Assembly: GCA_965214605.1 (NCBI GenBank)
Contig: OZ243961.1
Span: forward strand, 1,856,001 to 1,920,000
DNA from: an uncultured Candidatus Binatia bacterium
GTDB taxonomy: Bacteria > Desulfobacterota > Binatia > Bin18
Direction: 5' to 3'
Length of the DNA: 64,000 bases
Made by a program: the position numbers and the translations under genes. The notes under the pieces were generated by a model, which worked only from the letters and a program-made list of their open reading frames with translations, made no database searches and was not told the origin of the DNA. Shown here piece after piece: positions 59,513-64,000 of the stretch (the first letter of the stretch is position 1; every line of letters begins with the position of its first letter).

Positions 59513-59899
59513 ATGTTTGAGCCGGATACCCTTCTCCCAGAACAGTTTTTTAGTATTCTGGGAAAAAAACCTTTGCAGGGAGAAAAACGCCTTCTCTTAG
59601 CTATGCTAGAGGATGCGGTGCACTGTTTCCAGACCTATCTGCTGGCCCGAAAACCCCATGAACGCCGCCTGTTCCAAGAGGCACAGGAATGGATTGAGTC
59701 GGCCGACACCCAGTGGTTTTTCTCATTTGAGAACATCTGCGAAATCCTTGGCATCAATCCCGGGCGGATGCGTGAGGCGCTTCAGAAATGGAGAGAAGAA
59801 CAAATTATCCTCCAACAGACAAAAATAGCCGAGCCTGAGGCGAGCCAAGGCATCTCTGTTCAAATCTCTCATCCCGAAATGACCCAACCCGCCAACTAG
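59513..59899 (+). CDS. Small helical hypothetical protein (EKRLLLAMLEDA / FSFENICEILG)
   Basis: AGGAGAGG RBS; motif pattern recalled from uncharacterised deltaproteobacterial proteins (not verified). Confidence 0.8.
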   Translation: MFEPDTLLPEQFFSILGKKPLQGEKRLLLAMLEDAVHCFQTYLLARKPHERRLFQEAQEWIESADTQWFFSFENICEILGINPGRMREALQKWREEQIILQQTKIAEPEASQGISVQISHPEMTQPAN

Positions 59900-59908
59900 G
59901 CCCGTCAA

Positions 59909-59929
59909 GCGGGGTACTCAGCACCCCGC
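59909..59929. terminator. Hairpin between convergent genes
   Basis: GCGGGGT-ACTCAGC-ACCCCGC; no clear U-tract. Confidence 0.4.
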
Positions 59930-59957
59930 ACCCCTTCCGGCGTCTGGACGCCGAGGC

Positions 59958-60731
59958 TCACCCGATCACGCTCTCCAGCACCGCAAACAGACACACCGTC
60001 CCGGTTTCGACGATCTCGCCGAGCGCCCCGATGTTATCTCCGGTCACCCCGTCCAAGCGCTGATTACAGTACAAGATCCACCCGATCATGACACTCGCCA
60101 GTCCCAGAAAGACAAGCAAGCCCCCTACTTCCACCAGGATCAACACCAGGATGAGCGTCAGAACGCTCGCTGCACCGAACTCCCGAAACTCAACGCCCCG
60201 CATGAACAGGGCGCCAAGCCCGTGGCTGCGAGCCGGACGCGAGCTATAGGCCATCACGACACACGCCCAGCGGCCCAACATCGGACATAGGAGTACTGCC
60301 ACCCCTCGGTAGCCAGTGTCGAGACAGGCAAGAGCCAGCAGTTTCAGACTAACAATAGCCACCAGCGCTGTCACCCCACCGACATCCCAGGGGCGGCTTT
60401 TCATGTCGGCCAGACGGGCGGCTCGCGATTTGCGGCCCAGCAGTCCAACCGCGCTGGCAGCTACGGCTCTGAGCTGTAGGCCACGACTCAACAGGGCCAA
60501 AAGGACGATCAAGACTCCGCTCAGTAGGCTGAGCGGCAGGACCGGCCGCAGCATGCTATCCACACTCCAGACCGTGGCTCCGAGCAGCAGACCGATCAGC
60601 GGAAAAAAGACACCCGACCGACCAAAATGAGGGGAGGCGAGCACTGGTGGGCGGACAAGATAGAGACAGGTCAGGAATTGGAAGGCCGTCAGGAATTCAC
60701 GCAGCACCCCGGCTGCTATAGCACGTCCCAA
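59958..60731 (-). CDS. cobS: Adenosylcobinamide-GDP ribazoletransferase (CobS) homologue, degenerate motif
   Basis: AFQFLT, FFPLIGLLLG, GLGALF, GVTGDNIGALGEIVE; start uncertain. Confidence 0.8.
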   Translation of the reverse strand: MGRAIAAGVLREFLTAFQFLTCLYLVRPPVLASPHFGRSGVFFPLIGLLLGATVWSVDSMLRPVLPLSLLSGVLIVLLALLSRGLQLRAVAASAVGLLGRKSRAARLADMKSRPWDVGGVTALVAIVSLKLLALACLDTGYRGVAVLLCPMLGRWACVVMAYSSRPARSHGLGALFMRGVEFREFGAASVLTLILVLILVEVGGLLVFLGLASVMIGWILYCNQRLDGVTGDNIGALGEIVETGTVCLFAVLESVIG

Positions 60732-60849
60732 GACCGGCGCAAATGCGGCCCTGTCTTGTGTTGCAGATACGGAGGTGGGAGCGTATGCTCAGCGGTGTCG
60801 GCTTTGTCTGTCAACATGGGCACCATGCAGCACACAGGGAGAACACGTC

Positions 60850-62592
60850 ATGGGTGGGCCAACGATTGTGGTCGAGAAAGATGTTCCTGTTCCGATGCGC
60901 GATGGGGTTGTCCTGTACGCCGATGTCTATCGACCGGCTACAGCCGGTCGCTATCCGGTCATCCTGCAACGCACGCCCTACGATAAGAGCCTCACCACTA
61001 TTGGCATGCTGATGCTCAACGTGATCCGTACCGCGGGCGAGGGATATGCCGTTGTCATTCAAGACTCGCGTGGTCGTTACACTTCGGAGGGCGAATTTTA
61101 TACCTTTCGAGATGATATCAATGACGGCTATGACACAGTCGAATGGTGTGGCCTCCAGCCATGGTCGGACGGCAAGGTTGGCATGTACGGGGCCTCGTAT
61201 GTCGGCGCCACGCAGTGGTTAGCGGCCATCAGCACCCCGCCCCATCTCAGAGCAATTTTCCCCCTCATTACCGCCTCACACTACCACGAAGGCTGGACCT
61301 ATCAAGGAGGAGCGTTTGCTCTCGGCTTTAACGAGAGCTGGACGATGACTAGCCTGGCCCCCGATACCTACCAACGCCTGGCCAAGACCACGCCGAAAGC
61401 GGCCGAGCGCATGGAAAACATGCTGGCCGGAATCGACAATATGTGCCACTGGTTTCGCCACGTACCGCTCAAGGACTTTCCGCTGTTTGGTCAAGCTGCG
61501 GAATATTTCTACGACTGGCTCAGCCACCCGGACGACGATGCATACTGGGCGACTTGGAATATTGAGGCTCAGCATCACGCGGTCACAGTCCCGGCCTGCA
61601 ATGTCGGCGGCTGGTACGACATCTTCCTGGGAGGCACAATCCGCAACTATCTAGGCATGCGCGAGCGTGGCGGCAGCCCAGCGGCCCGGCAGGGACAGAA
61701 GCTCATCGTGGGGCCGTGGCATCATACCTTACCGCTGAACAACGTAGTTGGCGAGGTCAACTACGGCTTATCAAGTACCGCACTGGCGGCTGACCTCGAC
61801 GGGCTGCATCTCAAATGGTTTGATTACTGGCTCAAAGACAAGCAAAACGGTCTGTTAGAAGAGCCGCCAGTGCGCATTTTTGTCATGGGTGAGAACATTT
61901 GGCGGACAGAAAACGAATGGCCGCTGGCCCGCACCCAATACACCAAGTATTACCTCCACAGTCAGGGTGATGCCAAGAGTCTGCGCGGCAACGGGATTTT
62001 GAGCCGAGAGCAGCAGCGCAGCGAGCCGGCTGATGTGTACGTCTCCGACCCCCGCAATCCGGTTCCGACCAAAGGCGGTGGTCTGTGTTGCTGGCCAGCG
62101 GCCGTACCGGGAGGCGCGTTTGACCAACGTCCTGTTGAAGAGCGCGCGGACGTCTTGGTGTATACTACGCCGGTTTTGGAACACGATATCGAGATCACTG
62201 GACCGGTCAGCGTGACGCTGTACGCGGCCAGCAGTGCGGTTGATACCGACTTTACCGCCAAGCTGGTCGATGTTCATCCTGACGGCTATGCTCGGAATCT
62301 GACCGACAGCATTATCCGAGGCCGCTACCGAGAGACTCGGGCCCGCGCAAAGCTCCTCACACCGGGAGAAGTATACGACTACACGATTGACCTGTGGTCC
62401 ACCAGCAATGTGTTCAAAGCCGGGCACCGCATCCGGGTCGAAATCGCCAGCTCAAACTTTCCCCGCTTTGATCGCAATCCCCAAACTGGAGAATCCAGCG
62501 GTGAGACCAGTCGTTTAGAGCCTGCCTTGCAGCATGTGTTTCACGATGAAACACGGCCGTCGCATATCACCCTGCCCGTCATTCCCCGTTGA
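60850..62592 (+). CDS. CocE/NonD family serine hydrolase
   Basis: VPMRDGVVL, RTPY, QDSRGRYTSEG, GASYVG, GGWYD, GPW, SSNFPRFDRNP. Confidence 0.95.
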   Translation: MGGPTIVVEKDVPVPMRDGVVLYADVYRPATAGRYPVILQRTPYDKSLTTIGMLMLNVIRTAGEGYAVVIQDSRGRYTSEGEFYTFRDDINDGYDTVEWCGLQPWSDGKVGMYGASYVGATQWLAAISTPPHLRAIFPLITASHYHEGWTYQGGAFALGFNESWTMTSLAPDTYQRLAKTTPKAAERMENMLAGIDNMCHWFRHVPLKDFPLFGQAAEYFYDWLSHPDDDAYWATWNIEAQHHAVTVPACNVGGWYDIFLGGTIRNYLGMRERGGSPAARQGQKLIVGPWHHTLPLNNVVGEVNYGLSSTALAADLDGLHLKWFDYWLKDKQNGLLEEPPVRIFVMGENIWRTENEWPLARTQYTKYYLHSQGDAKSLRGNGILSREQQRSEPADVYVSDPRNPVPTKGGGLCCWPAAVPGGAFDQRPVEERADVLVYTTPVLEHDIEITGPVSVTLYAASSAVDTDFTAKLVDVHPDGYARNLTDSIIRGRYRETRARAKLLTPGEVYDYTIDLWSTSNVFKAGHRIRVEIASSNFPRFDRNPQTGESSGETSRLEPALQHVFHDETRPSHITLPVIPR

Positions 62593-62795
62593 AGCGAGGT
62601 CTATCTCAGAACCCGCACAAAAGGAATACGCCATGGAGCTGGAAACAGCAGCGATTGTGGTGAAGGGGGGGGTCCTTGCGGGCCATGAATTCGACCGGAC
62701 AGCAGGAGCGGAGGAAGCTGATTCCGATAATTTCTTTCATGCCGGAGAGGGATTCCTCTGACTGATGCTGAACGCGAACAGGGAGGACCGTAGCT

Positions 62796-63749
62796 ATGAC
62801 TCAGTGGAACTATACCAAGGGACTCCACGATCTAGGCAACCAGGTCTACGCCTATCTCCTACCCGACGGTTCGTGGGGCTGGAGCAATGCCGGTCTGCTT
62901 GTTGATGGCGGCCAGTCGCTCTTGGTCGACACCTTATTTGACCTGAGACTGACCCGAGAGATGCTTGATACCATGCGAGCAGCCGTCCCAGCCGCCGCCT
63001 CAATCAAAACCTTAGTCAATACCCACGCCAATGGCGATCACTATTTTGGCAACGAGTTGGTCCGGGATGCCGAAATTATTGCTTCGCAAGCCTGTGCCGA
63101 CGAAATGGGTGAGCTGCCCCCCGAGCGGCTGGCCGAGATGATGCAGGCCACCCCAAGCCTGGGTGAATTGGGCGCGTATCTGTCCGAAATCTTAGGCCCT
63201 TTCAAGTTTGATGACATCACCGCCACGCTTCCTACCCTGACGTTTGAGAACCGTCTTGATCTACAGGTCGGTGACAAGGACGTGCACTTGATTCAGGTCG
63301 GTCCGGCCCATACCAAAGGCGACGTGCTGGTCTATGCCCCGGACGACCGCACCATCTTTACCGGTGATATTTTATTTATTGACAGTACTCCCCTGATGTG
63401 GAACGGCCCGGTCGCCAATTGGATTAAAGCCTGTGATCTGATACTGAGCCTTGCGCTTGAGACGGTTGTGCCAGGCCATGGACCGATTACCGACAAACAC
63501 GGCGTGGAGGCGGTCAAGGGCTATTTGCAATATATCGAGGCCGAAGCCCGTAAACGGTATGACGCCGGTCTGTCGTGGACCGAAGCGGCAAACGATATTG
63601 CGCTGGGCGATTACTCCGCCTGGGGCGACGCCGAGCGTATTGCGGTCAATGTCAATACGCTCTATCGGGAGTTTAGTAGCGACCCAACTCCCCCGGTTTT
63701 TACCGATCTGTTCAGGACGATGGCTCGCTTGGCCAAGGGGAAGCGTTAG
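62796..63749 (+). CDS. MBL-fold metallo-hydrolase (cyclase-like)
   Basis: WGWSNAG, THANGDH, AHTKGD, GD, VPGHG; GGAGG RBS. Confidence 0.9.
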   Translation: MTQWNYTKGLHDLGNQVYAYLLPDGSWGWSNAGLLVDGGQSLLVDTLFDLRLTREMLDTMRAAVPAAASIKTLVNTHANGDHYFGNELVRDAEIIASQACADEMGELPPERLAEMMQATPSLGELGAYLSEILGPFKFDDITATLPTLTFENRLDLQVGDKDVHLIQVGPAHTKGDVLVYAPDDRTIFTGDILFIDSTPLMWNGPVANWIKACDLILSLALETVVPGHGPITDKHGVEAVKGYLQYIEAEARKRYDAGLSWTEAANDIALGDYSAWGDAERIAVNVNTLYREFSSDPTPPVFTDLFRTMARLAKGKR

Positions 63750-64000
63750 ACGTGACAGGCTGGGATGCTGCACTCCAGAACTTTTCCCAATCCGTTATGG
63801 CCGAGAAGTTTGTTGCCTTTTCGTTGACCGAGGCGCCACTGCCGGTCGTGAACTCGCACGTGTCTTTCCGGGAAAACGGAGGACAATAAATCCTCCGCAT
63901 TGTCAGTCCTGGAAGCAAGATCGACAAGGGCTAAGACCCCAGAGCCGACGCGCGAGCGGCAGCACGGCTTTTATCAACCAGAAATCGCACGCTCTGGTCG

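Noticed and set aside
62633-62761. 42-aa ORF between cocE and the MBL gene as a leader or RiPP precursor
   Set aside because: No modifying enzymes nearby and no recognisable motif; probably a remnant

Overview
GC-rich bacterial chromosomal window with no prophage, integrase, transposase, CRISPR-cas locus or rRNA. The gene set (TonB-C and zinc-ribbon/DUF3426 proteins, alpha2-type GlyRS, many LLM, CoA-transferase III, MaoC and thiolase genes) suggests a deltaproteobacteria-like diderm, possibly Binatia; this is inference only. Core blocks are modABC, DUF4212-actP, tatA, plsC-rnj-ftsK-lolA, lolC-lolD-bamA-(skp remnant)-fabZ-lpxA-lpxI, selB-selD, glyQS, rodZ and two tRNA-Ala genes (CGC, GGC), interleaved with catabolic oxidoreductase and hydrolase genes. 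Features the ORF track misses or mis-calls: selD has an in-frame UGA (selenocysteine) followed by a SECIS-like hairpin; there is a 57-aa two-TM microprotein; there is a shattered NHL-repeat pseudogene and an internally deleted skp/ompH. The best candidates for undescribed biology are (i) a LeuD-like pseudoenzyme / Hel308-type Ski2 helicase / uncharacterised 490-aa gene cluster converging on a deacetylase, (ii) an orphan Gp5/VgrG OB-fold gene back-to-back with a basic Cys-rich zinc-ribbon ORF, (iii) a CobS lacking its conserved His/Asp motif, (iv) a 1084-aa mosaic surface protein next to tRNA-Ala, and (v) a tandem motif in the selB leader. All family calls come from motif recognition by eye; no database searches were run.
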